Assembly: GCA_026770705.1 (NCBI GenBank)
Contig: JANJGN010000035.1
Coordinates: forward strand, 13,578,001-13,642,000
Origin: Isurus oxyrinchus
Lineage: Eukaryota
Direction: 5' to 3'
DNA length: 64,000 nucleotides
The notes beneath the pieces were generated by a model. That model was not told the DNA's origin. It saw nothing but the letters and a program-made list of their open reading frames with translations, and searched no databases. A program made the position numbers and the translations under genes. This document shows, in pieces, positions 12,455 through 24,589 of the stretch (position 1 is the stretch's first letter; every line of letters begins with the position of its first letter).

Positions 12455-13205
12455 ACAGGGTTTCATCCGCTCTTCAAGTTGCCCTCGAGGTGGATGTGGT
12501 GGGGAAGAAGCCATTGCCCCACTCCTTTTGGAATGCGCCTTTGCAGAGAGGGTGTGGAGAGAGGCGCCATGGTTTTTGTTAACGAGATTTATCCCGAGCA
12601 TCTCCGTGACATTAGACTCTGTCCCCTCGGGTCTGTTTCCCAGAAGCGCACATCGAGATAAACATCAACTTCAGCTGGTATATAATCAACTCGATGAATG
12701 ACGCTCTTTGGTCGGACCGAAAAATGTTGGTCTTCCAGAGCAAAGAGTTGTCCGTGGACGAGTATTATTGACTGGCACATGACAACTCCCAGAACCACGT
12801 GTTGGGGAATGCACTGAAGCTTGCAGCATGGTGCAATGGGGAAAATCATTATCTCAGGACATTTCTGCCATGGTGCACCGAGGGGCTGGGAATTGTATGG
12901 ACCGCTCGGGCTGTGTGGCTCATACTGAATGTGCAGTGAATACCAAATTTAGCATAATTTTACAGAAGCACGGCAGAATGCAAAAATATTCATGTAGACA
13001 AGTTAAATTGCATTGCACGGTCTGACTGTTTTGACCATTATCAAGGCTGTAAGTTTTCATGATTGTACTGAAGCACCTCAGGGTGTGACATGGTCTATGT
13101 GGAAACATTGAATATGATTGCACTTTTTGTGGTGGCCGTTTTGAAATATTTTGTAATGTACTTTCAGGTATTTTAACAATAAAGTATATTTTTGCAACAA
13201 AAAGA
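12455..13205 (+). mobile_element. Tx1-type LINE 3' fragment (zf-RVT region, 3' UTR and poly(A) signal)
   Basis: CPRGGCGGEEAIA..LLECAFAERVW..IINSMNDALWS across frameshifts; aataaagtatattttt near 13178. Confidence 0.7.
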
Positions 13206-14119
13206 AGAGAATGCAATTTGTGACCGGTTGTTGTATACTCTTGGTTTTCCACTTAATGTAACGTAGGATGTCACTCGATTAGCCATCCCGGCCCCTGTCA
13301 ACTGCACTCACTCCTTGCGTGCTTGTGTTCATTCATTTATGTGGTGTGGCAGACGCCGGCAAGGCCAGAATCTGGAACGAGCCGTGCCCTGTACGAGAAC
13401 CCCTTTTCTTCCACAATATTTATTTATTACTTTTAACTGAGAGCAGAGGGCTCCATTTCCAAACGTTTAAATGAGAAGCTATTTTGAAATAAAATTTTCC
13501 GAAAGTTAAATGAGATAACCAGCCTCAGGAGGCTGGAAGGCTGGGAAGACAAGCGTCAGAAAAAAGTTCATGCAGTAAAATGGGAAGAGGTGCACTTTGA
13601 CAAGAATAGCAAGAAAGTGCAACTTAATCTGATAATCAAATAAGACCCCTTCAATTGCGATTTGCATGGGGCTGAAAATCACTGGACATAAGCAGGTAAA
13701 TCGTGGAAAATGACATGGTAAGTGAGAAAGCTCGAGATTAGAGTAAAATATGCCCTGTGCTTTATAAATTACCTAATTTACCCAAGTGCAGTCGGGTCAA
13801 ATGGATCTAGACCAGAGCAACATCATGCAATGACTCCTGAGGTTGATGACCAAACTCTGACTGATCACTATGATGTAGAAGGGGATCGGAAAGGCACTTT
13901 GACACAACTTGTCACACACCAGAATATTGGCTTAAAAACAACTGCTCGCTAATCTTTCAGAACCACTGGCTTTGGATTGTGAACACCCGGAAGAGTAATG
14001 GTTGAATTCCAGCACCGAGGAACAGGATGTATGTCAGGATTTCACCAAAGTTCCAAAGACGGCACCTTCCAAACTCCCGATCACGGACACTCACAGGACC
14101 AGAGCAAAAGACGGATGTG

Positions 14120-14370
14120 AAAACCACCTCATGGAATTTCCAATCAAAGGCACTTACCACACTTATTTGGAAATATATCGGCTTTTCTTTTACTGTCGCT
14201 CGGTCGAAATCCTGGAACTCCCTCCTTAACAGCACTGTGGGTGTACTCATACCACATGGACTGCAGCGGTTTCATGAGGCAGTTCCTCACCATCTTCTAA
14301 AGTGGCAATTCGGGCTGGACAATAAATGCTGCCCGAGGCAGCGTGGCCCACAACCCGTGAATGAATTAAG
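14120..14370 (+). mobile_element. HER1/CR1-like LINE 3' end
   Basis: aaatcctggaactccctccttaacagcactgtgggtgta...ctgcagcggtt...aataaatgctg. Confidence 0.75.
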
Positions 14371-14724
14371 ATGCTATTTCAGAAAGAACAGAGGGAAAGA
14401 AGCTGCCTCGGGACGAGCACGTATCTTCAGAATATGTCCAGCGACCTGAACTGTGCGGACCCTTTGACCAGACACAAACGCTTGAATCTCTTCTCCAGTG
14501 GCCATTTTTTGCTGGGAACAAGAAATTCCATTATGTCAGGCAGTAAAGCCTCATGCATATTCAAATGGTTCCTGAGTTCATCATTTTTGAATCAGCTAAA
14601 GAAAACCATTTCGATTCATTTGCCACATCACAAGCATTTTCTTTGATCAAGTATGGATGTATAATGGAAGATTTGTCGAATTTGATTCTCTTTTTAATGC
14701 CCATCGGGGATTATTTGTACTACA

Positions 14725-15600
14725 ACCATAAAGCATAAGAAATAAGAGCAGGACTAGGCCACCTGGAACCTAAAGCCTGCACCGCCTTTCAATAAGATCA
14801 TGAAAGACCTGCCTCACGCCTCAACTCCACTTATGTGCCAGCTCCTCATAGCCCTCAACTCCCCAATGTTTCGAAACCCTATCTACCTTCTCTTCAAATA
14901 ATTTCTGATCTAGCCACCACAACCCCCGAAGGAAGATAATTCCAAACATTCACTACCTTCTCTGTTTTTAAGAATGATCTCCTTATGATGTAAATGTGTC
15001 CACTAGTTCAAGATTCCCCCAGAACTGTCAACACCTTCTCAACATCTACCTGCATAAAGCTCTCACAATTTTCTATGTTTCAATATGATCACAAGTCATT
15101 CTTCTTAACTCTAACGACTAAAGGGCTAACCTGTTTAGCCGTTCTTGATAAGTTAACCCCTTCACCCCAGGAATTAGCCGAGTGAATCTGATATAAACAG
15201 CCTCCAACGCCAGCATATTATTTCTTAAATACGGAAACGAAGATTGTGCACAGTACTCCAGGTGCGGCCTCACAAAGACCCTGTAGAATTGCAACAAGTC
15301 TTACTATTATTAAACTTCTACCACCTAGCAATACACGCCAACGTAACATTTGTCTTCTTAATTAACCGCTGCACCTGCTTGTTAACTTTTTGTGATGCAT
15401 GCACAAGAACACGCAGGTCTCGTTTTGCTGTACTTTTTCGTAGTGTCACTACATTTATATAATATTCTGCCTTTTGATTCTTACTACCAAATTGCATGAC
15501 GTCACAATTTCCTACATCAAACTCCAGCTGACAAACTCTTCCTGACTCAGTCAAACTTTCTATACCCGCTTGCAGAATCCTACTGCCCTCACCACAACTT
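14725..15600 (-). mobile_element. CR1 LINE 3' fragment (RT C-terminus and tail)
   Basis: ORF 15318-15554 (QLEFDVGNCDVMQFGSKN...RDLRVLVHAS) is CR1-like; the tail ends near cataagaaataagagcagga. Confidence 0.8.
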
Positions 15601-16243
15601 GCTGACCAAAGAAGTTATAATCGTATCTACAGACGCATGTTTCACAATCATAATTCCCCTTTTCCACTAAAATATCTGCCCTCTTATTTCAGTCGTCATC
15701 CTCCTTAAAAATATCCCAACTCGTGTTGTCAAATTAAATTTGCAGATGGTTAATTTCCTTCTAATCCCAAACTTTTACCACTTTCCTGAAAGGCTTTGCC
15801 GTTAAATTTTTTTAAATTTTTTTTTCGATATTTAGCGAGGTGTTATACCACATTGTGATCTCAATCTCCAAACTCTAATTGAAGCTGGGACTTGTAAGAA
15901 TGAGTGACAGAGCAAATAAATTGACTCCGTGCCTTTTCCCGCAAGTTGCCCTCTCCAAACACTATGAGTTACAGAGGATGTCTTTCAAAGCCAGGTCTCA
16001 GATATTCTTTTCAACTCAGTCGTGAATGTAGAGAGGGAGTAGCCAATTCTTTGACTATTCATGATCACCACCCGCCGCTTCACCCCCGTAGTGGCACGCA
16101 GAGGAATATATGCAAGAATAATGTGGGCTTGATTCAGTTCGCAGGGCAGGTAGGAAGCGTTTGGGAGTCACACAGAGTACGTCAGTGTTAGCGAGGAAAA
16201 TGTCTTTCTTAACTTTAAAATGCTTTCATCAACGTTCATTCAC

Positions 16244-16299
16244 GTAGATTATTCCACAATGCCCGCCCAGAGAAGTGTTTATAGCAAATGGATTCTAGT
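16244..16299 (-). pseudogene. Candidate 56-nt exon with an in-frame stop
   Basis: tttcgccag|ACTAG...TCTAC|gtgaat. The paralogue at 63744-63800 (57 nt, YVSI...) keeps the acceptor but has donor ATGAGT. Confidence 0.25.
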
Positions 16300-17029
16300 C
16301 TGGCGAAATAGATCAAAAGCATAAATGTTAATTGCACTCTCTAGGAGGTCCTAATTTTGCCAGTTTTCGGCTGAGGCAGAGCACACTCCAGGACGAAAGC
16401 CCTGTGCAATCCGAGCCTCATAAATTTAATTCCTCACAGACCTAACGTTGCTAAGCGCAGTGGCTGGAGGTGATGGGTGCTGCCCGCTCCTTTTGCTCAC
16501 CGTCATACCCATACCACCATTTCCTTCTCCACCTCAGCTGATGCCCAAATGTCGTGTTGCCCCTTGTCTACGAACGTCGCCTCCTTCTGATCACTTGAAA
16601 TTTCCTGCCCCGCTTGCATTGAAGCCGCTTGGACACCGAGTGCAGCACCTCTCGCATTGGCAATTCAACGAGTTTAACATGTAACGCGCAAATCGTACAA
16701 GCTAATGCAAGAATTGGCAAGTCGAATATGGTGTAAGGCGTGGATGGGGGGTAAAATTTCAATTACCACCGTCCTCGCACAGCCTCACCCTACACCGGGT
16801 AGTTGCTACTTGCCGCACCACTGTTGCTGCCCCGCCTCGGCAGCCCGCATCCCGCAGCCCTGGCAGCGAAGCTCACCACCAGCCATTCGGACAGTCCCAC
16901 CACACCACAAACAACAATGAACTTCAGCAACAATCCCAAAATGCCAAGAAATAGGTGAAAGCAATGAACCGTGCAAAACTCGTTTCATCACAACCTCCTT
17001 AGAGCGCAATATTCAGGTACAACGGCAGA

Positions 17030-18400
17030 CAGACCCGCCTGTACTGCAGAATTCTGCATTCTCTCTCTTTAGTAATAGTTTGCTGCATTTTTAAGTGAAA
17101 GTGATCAAACTTTTATCTGCCCACATTATACTCCATCTTCCAAATTTCTGCCAATTCGCTTAACCGAATTCAATGCCTTTACAAAATCTTTGTATCCTCC
17201 TCACAATATTACTTCCCCGCTATGTTTATAATTATTAGAAAAATTACCAACTTCAGAGCCATTCCCTTCATGCAAGTCATTGATGTTGATATGGTAGAGT
17301 TTAAGATCTAGCACTGATCCTTTGAGCGTTTCTTTATTTACAGCCAGCCACCTTGTAAATGTTCAGTTTATCCCAAATCTGTTTTTCCTTTCAGTTCGAC
17401 TATCTTCCATAAGACACTAAGACATAGGAGCAGATATTTGGCCAATCGGCCTATCGAGCATGCTCCACAATTCAATCCTGGCTGATACCTTTCTCAACCC
17501 CATTCCCTGCCTTCTCCTTTTAACCTTTGATTCCTTTACCAATCAAGAACCAATCTATCTCGGTATTAAATACACTCAATGACCTGTCCTCCACAGTCTT
17601 CTGTGGCAATTAATTCCAAAGATTCACCACTCTCTGGCTAAAGAAGTTTCTCCTCAATTCTATTTTAAAAGGCATTCCCTTTACTCAGATGTTATTCCCC
17701 AAGGATCCAGTCTGCCCTACTAATGGGAAGATCTTTCCCACGTTCTCTCTATCCAGGCCTATAACTATACTGTAAATTTCAATCAACTTCACCCTCATCC
17801 TTATAAACTCCACATTAACAGCGTGGACTCTAATCTTCTCTAGACCCATTTGTGTTGCACCTTACTGCATGTCCTTTTATGAGGCAAGTACACGATATCT
17901 GCACATTCCCCTTTAACCAGCATTTGTTGTATCATCAAAGGACCCTAATAATTTTCTCAAACTCGATTTTCCGTTTGCCAAAACATATTGACTCTGCTGG
18001 ATTGTAATATGATTTTGCCAATGTCCGCTGGTATCTCTTTAACAATGCTTCCAAGCATTTTCCCAATGACAGGTGGTGGACGAACTCTCCAATTGTTTCA
18101 AGCAATCTGTATTCTTTTTGTTCAATAATGGCTTTATTATTGCGGCCTTCCAAATCACTGGGACATTTGCAAATGATAGAAAATTCTGAAAGATTGCAAA
18201 CATTTTAACCACTTTCCCGACCGTCACTTCTTCAAAGACTCCAGCATGCAGATTTTCTGTTGCAGCAAAGCTGGCAGCCGTGGGTTCCATTCGTTTTCTT
18301 AACATGATTTCCTGTAACCAGAGTGACATTTTTATGTTCCTCACTCCATCTTTACCCTCTGCTTTTCTGATTTTCATGAGCTGATTTTGTGTCCTCCAAC
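17030..18400 (-). mobile_element. CR1 LINE RT fragment with a nested CR1 3' end (~17410-17810)
   Basis: ORF 18039-18377 (IFQNFLSFANVPVIWKAAIIKPL) is CR1 RT domain 0/1-like; a second tail (taagacataggagcag) sits inside it. Confidence 0.75.
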
Positions 18401-18583
18401 ATGAAGACAGAGACGAAACAGAGTCTCAAAGTCTTGGTCCTTTACGCTGTTTACTCTCCACACTCAACCCCTGAACCACCAGCGCTAACCATCATTGCTC
18501 TTTTCCTTTTATACCTACTTGCAGCGGCTTCCACTCCCTGTTTTATATTAGTACTCGTTGATGTTTTCCCCTATTCACTGTTA

Positions 18584-18620
18584 TTGTCCTGATGAGTGCA
18601 AGACAAAAAGCTTCAATATG
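18584..18620 (+). ncRNA. Degenerate minimal type I hammerhead-like motif (Penelope-associated)
   Basis: TTGTC-CTGATGA-GTGCAAGAC-AAAA-AGCT-TC; the GAAA box has become AAAA. Confidence 0.45.
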
Positions 18621-19365
18621 TCACTATTTTTACCCATACTCATGTTTCTTATTTCTCGCTGCTTTTTCTCTCTCTCATAACCTAATTTCTACCTGGGCAC
18701 TTAATCTCATTTGCTACTATTTAATGCTTTGCCAAACCTCTGGCCCACCAATAATTATTGCAGCATCTTACTTTTATAATATTTTTTAAATGTGAAGCCA
18801 CCCGTAATGTTCTCCTTACACACGAATGGCGAATACCTCTCTTATAGTCTTTTTTACACAGTGCACCATATTTTTGCAGCAAATTGTTATAGTTCTCCTT
18901 TAATGACTGTCATTGACTCTCTGATGTCGTACATTTTAATGATAGTCCTTTTCTAAATTCTACTTTCATGAACTAGTAATTGCCTTCACTTAAATTCAGG
19001 CACTAGTTATGCACACAACTTTCAACCCATCAAACGGGTCGTTTGCTGTGAAGTCACAGAGTGAGACAGAGAATACAATCCCTCCTCCTACGACAAATAA
19101 TACTTGTTAAAACAAAAACTGAAACTGTGCAGAACATTTTTCTCTGCAGAAAGAAATTATAAGAGATCAAAAGGTTTTAAGCACTCTGATACGGATAGCA
19201 GACTGCTGTTTTAGCGTTGCGGTTTGCTGCTCATAACAATGTTTTATAATTGTACTGGGGAAGTAATGTTCAAAATGCACGTACACTGGTATTGTTTTTT
19301 TAACCAATATCTGTGACCACCAGAGAGATCCAATTGCCCTCAGTTGCTTCCTGTTTCACATTTAC

Positions 19366-19442
19366 CTCTGCGCCTGTGACGAGTTAGGTCGTTCATCTCC
19401 ATTTGGGTACGAATCAGCAATGTGTGTCTGAGGTATCCACTG
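19366..19442 (-). pseudogene. Candidate 77-nt exon with strong splice signals
   Basis: tttttttctttgcag|CAGTGG...GCAGAG|gtaaat; two of three frames are open. Confidence 0.3.
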
Positions 19443-20339
19443 CTGCAAAGAAAAAAAGTTGCCTGTCCAAGGCCTCTGCATTGCAATACTTTATGCACGT
19501 CTTCAATGGCAACCAGAAAAACAGCCAGTTCATTCAAAAAGCACCATATCTTTCATTCCAGTGATTTAACATGAGGACAGGTTGTAAAATACTGACCATT
19601 CTCCACACCTCCCCCGCCCCCCGACATCTCTCTCCCTTCTGCAATCATGAAATTATTTGCCATAAATTCCCAGTTTGCAAAGTCCACAGCTCGTAGGCTT
19701 GAGGCAGTTCTGGCTAATTCTAGAAGTACACAGCTCAGAAACAAACCATTTGGTCCATTGATCCTGTGTCCGCATTAATCACACAATAGTTAGTGGACAA
19801 AATGAACGCGCCTTTGCTGCATTGGTTCCTGGGTACTGATCATCCGAGCACCGGCATTAGTTACAAGGTATTTGGCCATTCGGGACATGGGCTGCCCACG
19901 CGAATATAAATGGAGACACCAATCAATCAGCTTCCGCTCCGGATCATTATGTGCCCAGGCACATAGTCTGTTATAATACTAACTCCAGATTATATGCTGC
20001 AAACTTATGCATTTTCAGAACCTATCACAAGCTTTTGAAGAACAGGTTTAGAGTTTATGTTTACACAGGGTTCATAGTCGTGACAAACAGTGGCCAATAG
20101 CTTTGTTGTATCGTGAAGAATGTTATAAGTCAGATGCCCCATTTGACCCGATTCTGAAGGTGTATACTTCATTCGATTAGTAATGAGATGCCCAACATTC
20201 CTACTTTCAAGGACGGAATTCAAATCCCCCCATGGCTAGTTGTGTATTTTGATTTTTGTTTGTGGAAACCTTTGGGCATGAAATGCCTTTTTATGAGATA
20301 TGGGTACCGCAAGGCACAAGGCCACATTGAACTTCATTC

Positions 20340-21560
20340 ACGAACATTATTTTCCCGTTAGTTTCCCAACCACAGATGTTGGACTCACTGGCCTGTAATT
20401 ACCTGCTTTATCCATTCTACTCTCCTTGAATAATGATTTCAGATAGGCTGTCCCCCAGTCCTTTGGAACCTCTCCTATTGCCACATAGGATATGAAAATT
20501 AGTGTCAGAGATCCGAATATAAGTTTCCTTACTTTCCTTGCCCAATCCTTGACATCCAGTGTCTTGGATTTTTTGGTCCTCCCGTCACATTTGCAGGCTC
20601 TGTTTGGCCCTGAAGCCTCCCTTTGTCCTATTGTATCACTCGCCAACTGGCCTGATGTAGACTTTCCTTCAAGTAGCTACCCGGAGTCCTCTTTGGCCAG
20701 ATCCTGTCTCAACATATTGAAATCGGCATCTCCCTATTTCAGAACCTTATTTATGGTCCTTAATTGTCCTTTCCCATAACAACTTTGAATCTTACAGAGT
20801 TTTCATCACTCTCCCCTAAATGGTACCCCATTGAGAGTTCTGCCATTTTCCTGCCTTCATTCCCTCAGATTAAGTAGAGTACCGCCCCTTCTTTTGTAGG
20901 ACTGTCTACATGCTGCTTCAAAAGCAATCCGCGAAGGACATCAAGAATTCTGCCCTCTCAAAGCTTTTCACAATAAGACCAGTCAATATTGGGGAAGATG
21001 ATATCCTCTTTTCTTAGTACACTGTTATTTTTATACTTCTCTGAGATTTGCTTAGGAACTGCTCCTCCATATCCCACTGTCTGCTGAAAGTCCTTTCGAA
21101 CACTCTCAGCAAAGTGATTGCCCCAATTTGCTTTTAAGTACTACCGATATGGCCTAATTTGAAGAAACTTCAAAAGTACTATCAATCTTTCCTGCAGTAA
21201 ATGACTCATTGATCATTAATGGACACTTATTCTTTTACACACCCCACCCCTTGCCCCGTCATATATGAAGATTCAATGCCTTGGAAAATTGAGCTGACAG
21301 TCCTGCCCTTCCCCCAACCATGTTTCTGTGATATCAAAAACACCATATATCCATATGTTACTCAACGCTCTCAATTCTTCTGATTAATATTTACACTCAT
21401 TTTGTTAAAATATTTGCATTCCATCCTTGCATTATTCCATTGTCCCTTATGTGTCTATATTTGCTTTGCTTTCCAGACTGACTTGGTTCCTCTTCTATGG
21501 TTGGCAGTGTATCAACCCCTGCTGTAACTCTCCTCTGTATCCCATCAGTCTGTGCCCCAG
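20340..21560 (-). mobile_element. CR1 LINE ORF2 fragment (endonuclease to RT start, internally deleted)
   Basis: ORF 20347-20646: GEVPKDWGTA..DKAGNYRPVSPTSVVGKL. Confidence 0.85.
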
Positions 21561-21769
21561 CACCCCATCACGAGAAAATAATCTATATTAACAAACCAGG
21601 GACAAAGCAAAAGGCAGCCACTTGAAAAGAAAACTTTGGTGAATAGGGAAATGGCAAAGTTCAGGGTTCAGACTGAGCATGCACAGTGCAATTTCTCACT
21701 GCACCATTCCCCACCACCCCTTGAAGGCAGCGAAACTATCACTTGGTCCTCCCATCCCCGTCACAAGTG

Positions 21770-22045
21770 GCTTAGTGATATTTTCCCTGACTAGTTTTGC
21801 AGTGTACTGTCCAGGGGACCGGGGTGCCAGAACAGATTTTGAAGTTTGACTCTAATTCTAATGATGACAATTAAAGCATTGCTGATTTTCAGAAAATCCC
21901 ATTTCATTCACTAATCCCCTTTAGGGGATGGAAAATGTCGTTATAGCCTGGCCTGGACAACATGTCAATCCAGACAGACTCCTAAGTGTCCTGTGAATCA
22001 GGGGCAATTAATAAAGAGCAATGAGTGCTGGCCTGGCCAGCCATA
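21770..22045 (+). mobile_element. HE1-like SINE
   Basis: tRNA-like head (agtggcttagtgatattttccctgactag) and tail (ggggcaatta...tgctggcctggccagc). Confidence 0.6.
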
Positions 22046-22287
22046 TCTACATTCTATGAGGGAATGAAAAAGTTACATCGCCGTTCATAAAGGTAAACCT
22101 GAAAAAAATGACACTTTTCCTATTCATTATAATTTGGATTTTAACAACGATGGCATTCCGAGAATTTGGGAAACAACCAGGCTTTAAAACATCATGCTCC
22201 AATGGAGCGTAATCCTTGAATTCAGAATGTTTAAAAAAATATATAATGTGATATTTATTCCGGGTTTTTTGGTGATTTTCCTTAACT

Positions 22288-22400
22288 TTGAGCTTTTTAC
22301 CGATGGAATGATACATTATTGAGGTCAATATGTTTTCGCATGCTGAACAGGCAGCCCCGTTACTCAGGCAATCAGGGGTGAATCCCAGGCCCATTTATAC
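22288..22400 (-). pseudogene. Possible decayed transmembrane/stop-transfer exon
   Basis: GAACSACENILTSIMYHSIGKKLK then gttaag; lies just downstream of the D4-like exon; only weakly hydrophobic. Confidence 0.2.
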
Positions 22401-22409
22401 AAAAAAACC

Positions 22410-22690
22410 CAAAATGCTGTGGAACCTGGAAATCTGAAACAAAAGCACAAAATGCTGGAAAAACTCAGCATCCGAACAGCATCGGTAGTGAGAAGAGCAA
22501 GATTAAGGTCCACGATAACTTTGTTTTTTCTACAGTCAATTATATGAAAATGCCTTCTCCAATTTCAGTCCATGGGTCAAATTCTACACTTGAAGTGAAC
22601 AAGATAGTGCTGCTAAAACTCAGCACTTTTGACAGCATGTGTGAACAGAGATACCGAGTGAACGTTTCGAACTTCAATGACTCTATCCTG
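22410..22690 (-). mobile_element. Two tandem Penelope-type terminal fragments
   Basis: ctggaaatctgaaacaaaagcacaaaatgctggaaaaactcagc and ctgctaaaactcagc...aacgtttcga. Confidence 0.6.
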
Positions 22691-22699
22691 GAAGGTCTA

Positions 22700-23005
22700 T
22701 AATCTTTGAATTATAATTATAAATTAATCCTGATCCTACTATCAGGAAGATAGTGAAGTTATATTTCAGCAAGAAGGTTGATAGGAGTCAGATCCTGAGT
22801 TCAGTTAATCGATAACTCTGAACACAAGCCTCTCCTGTAATATTTCAAATGAGCTCCAATAACGATGTCACCCCTTCTCCGGAGGAGTCGGCGGTGGTGT
22901 GGTGTGTAGCAGGTATCATTTCACCACTCACATGACAGGTCACAGTCGCCGTGACATTTCTTTCAAATATTGGTTGTTCTTCGCTGGTTTCAACTGACAG
23001 ATGAA
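22700..23005 (-). pseudogene. Decayed Ig C2-type exon (CD4 D4-like)
   Basis: ctcttcag| phase 1, then HLSVETSEEQPIFERNVTATVTCHVSGEMIP...SLLELI*NIT. B-strand TxTC and an E-strand-like LxLxxIT are present, the C strand appears deleted, and there is a TGA at 22845-22847. Confidence 0.55.
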
Positions 23006-23129
23006 CTGAAGAGCGGAAACAGCGATTGGGCTTACAGTATGAGATACAGGTTACTCAACAGGATCCTGCAATAAAGAAGGCCACTCTGCCCAACGAGGCT
23101 ACATAAGTGAACAGTACAGATCAGGGTCA

Positions 23130-23790
23130 CTGGGAATTTGCTGATTTCCGCTAAGTACCCTGTTACCACACCAAATCCAGCCAACCACCCACCAACACCC
23201 GCCCTCACCCAATCCAAACCACCCCTCCTCCTGGCCACCCCAATCACACCAAAAACCCCCACACAAATCCTGCACCCAAATCCTCCTTCCTACCACACAC
23301 CCGTCAACATCCCCACTCAGCTAAAGACCTAACCCTTGCTTAACAAAACCACCAACAAGCATTGCACACCCAGTCGATCATCCCTGCCTTCCCAACCCAC
23401 CAAATCCACCTCACCCACCCTTTCCCCTGCCCTCCGAATGTATCATATGCTCCTACACTCCGCACACTCCTTGCCCGCACCACCCAGCAACAAACCCCCA
23501 ACCTCTTCATCCCCACCCCTCCTCCAAACACAACGCACCCAGCAACATCCCCCCAGCCGCCACAACCTCATCTCCTCCGCTTTTCCATACCCGCCCATCA
23601 ACACACCCCAACCGCCCAATGTCCACCATCTTCCTCCTGCACCCTATCAATACCACCTCACCCACTCGACCTCCCAACCGCTCCACCATACGGCCCGCAA
23701 CCCTCCAACATCCTCTTATCAAACCGCCACCATCCCCTTCTCTATACCACCTCACCAACCTCTCCCACAACCCCACACCCAACGCCAACT
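23130..23790 (+). repeat. C/A-rich low-complexity tract
   Basis: Almost G-free run of ccc/cca/acc motifs; source of the spurious Pro/Thr ORFs here. Confidence 0.8.
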
Positions 23791-24249
23791 GTTAGACCCA
23801 GGGTAACAGCAAAATGCTGCGCATGATGGAAATTGAAAAAAATAAAACAGAAAATGCTGGAAACCATTGGCAGTTCCGTTAGAATCTGTGGAGAGTGAAA
23901 CAGTGTTCAATTTTCTAGTCCATATCACCCTTCTTCGATTTTTACTGTGTATGTATCAGTCATCTCTGTAATCCGTTGTATCGTTTGAGCGCTTCCCATT
24001 AAACAGCCAGTTCCCTTTTGCAACGTGGACAGATTCTGTTGGGGCCAAGGGGATAAGTTTCACACCGGGCAGTTGTGAAAGCTGCTGGTTGAGGAATGAG
24101 CTGTCTGTTCAACGTCGCAACCTATCTGACCTTCTAGTGACCCAAACACCTACCAAGTGTGGACAGGGCTCTCCTTGATTTCGCCCACTGAAAGATACAT
24201 TGCTTTTGAAAGTAAAAAAAAAATCTATCTGAATGTGATGAATAAAAGC

Positions 24250-24560
24250 ACTTAATTCTTGCAGCAAAGCCTCTGATTGTAGAAAGTGTTGAGCCTGAAA
24301 GGTTCAATCGAGTTCATGCCAGCAAATATAATCCAACCCTGACGTATCTCCCGTGTGGATGTGTTGCTCAGTATTTTCTTTGCTGAACTTCCAGACTGAG
24401 ATTCCCAGCTGTGCTTCCATACTCCAGCAGCAGCCATGGATTTTGTACCGGGGATCAGTATCAGGTCCTGCTTTCATACAAAATGAACCATCAGTATTTT
24501 CCCCCATTGGGTGTTCGGTTAAGGGGTCCAGCAGCATTTGGTTCGCACAGTGAACTTCTG
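24250..24560 (-). pseudogene. Possible decayed Ig V-type exon (CD4 D3-like)
   Basis: LILIPGTKSMAAAGVWKHSWESQSGSSAKKILS has a C-strand-like Trp; lies between the D2-like and D4-like remnants. Confidence 0.3.
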
Positions 24561-24589
24561 GATGCAATTGCTCATCTCCACGTGAGAGA

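Larger units (their letters stand above)
1..16470 (+). repeat. Segmental duplication, copy 1 (paralogous to ~48226-63985)
   Basis: Colinear anchors seen by eye: 1-35 aligns ungapped to 48226-48260; 1480-1680 to 49315-49516; 3530-5680 to 56680-58800; 10279 to 61981; 16244 to 63744. Repeats and satellites occur in the same order in both copies. Confidence 0.9.

Noticed and set aside
20005-20223. ORF with a loose resemblance to Ig E/F strands
   Set aside because: No diagnostic Trp or DxGxYxC motif and no clear splice sites.
23336-23826. Pro/Thr-rich mucin- or extensin-like ORFs
   Set aside because: Open in several frames because of C/A low complexity; no convincing splice or domain signal.
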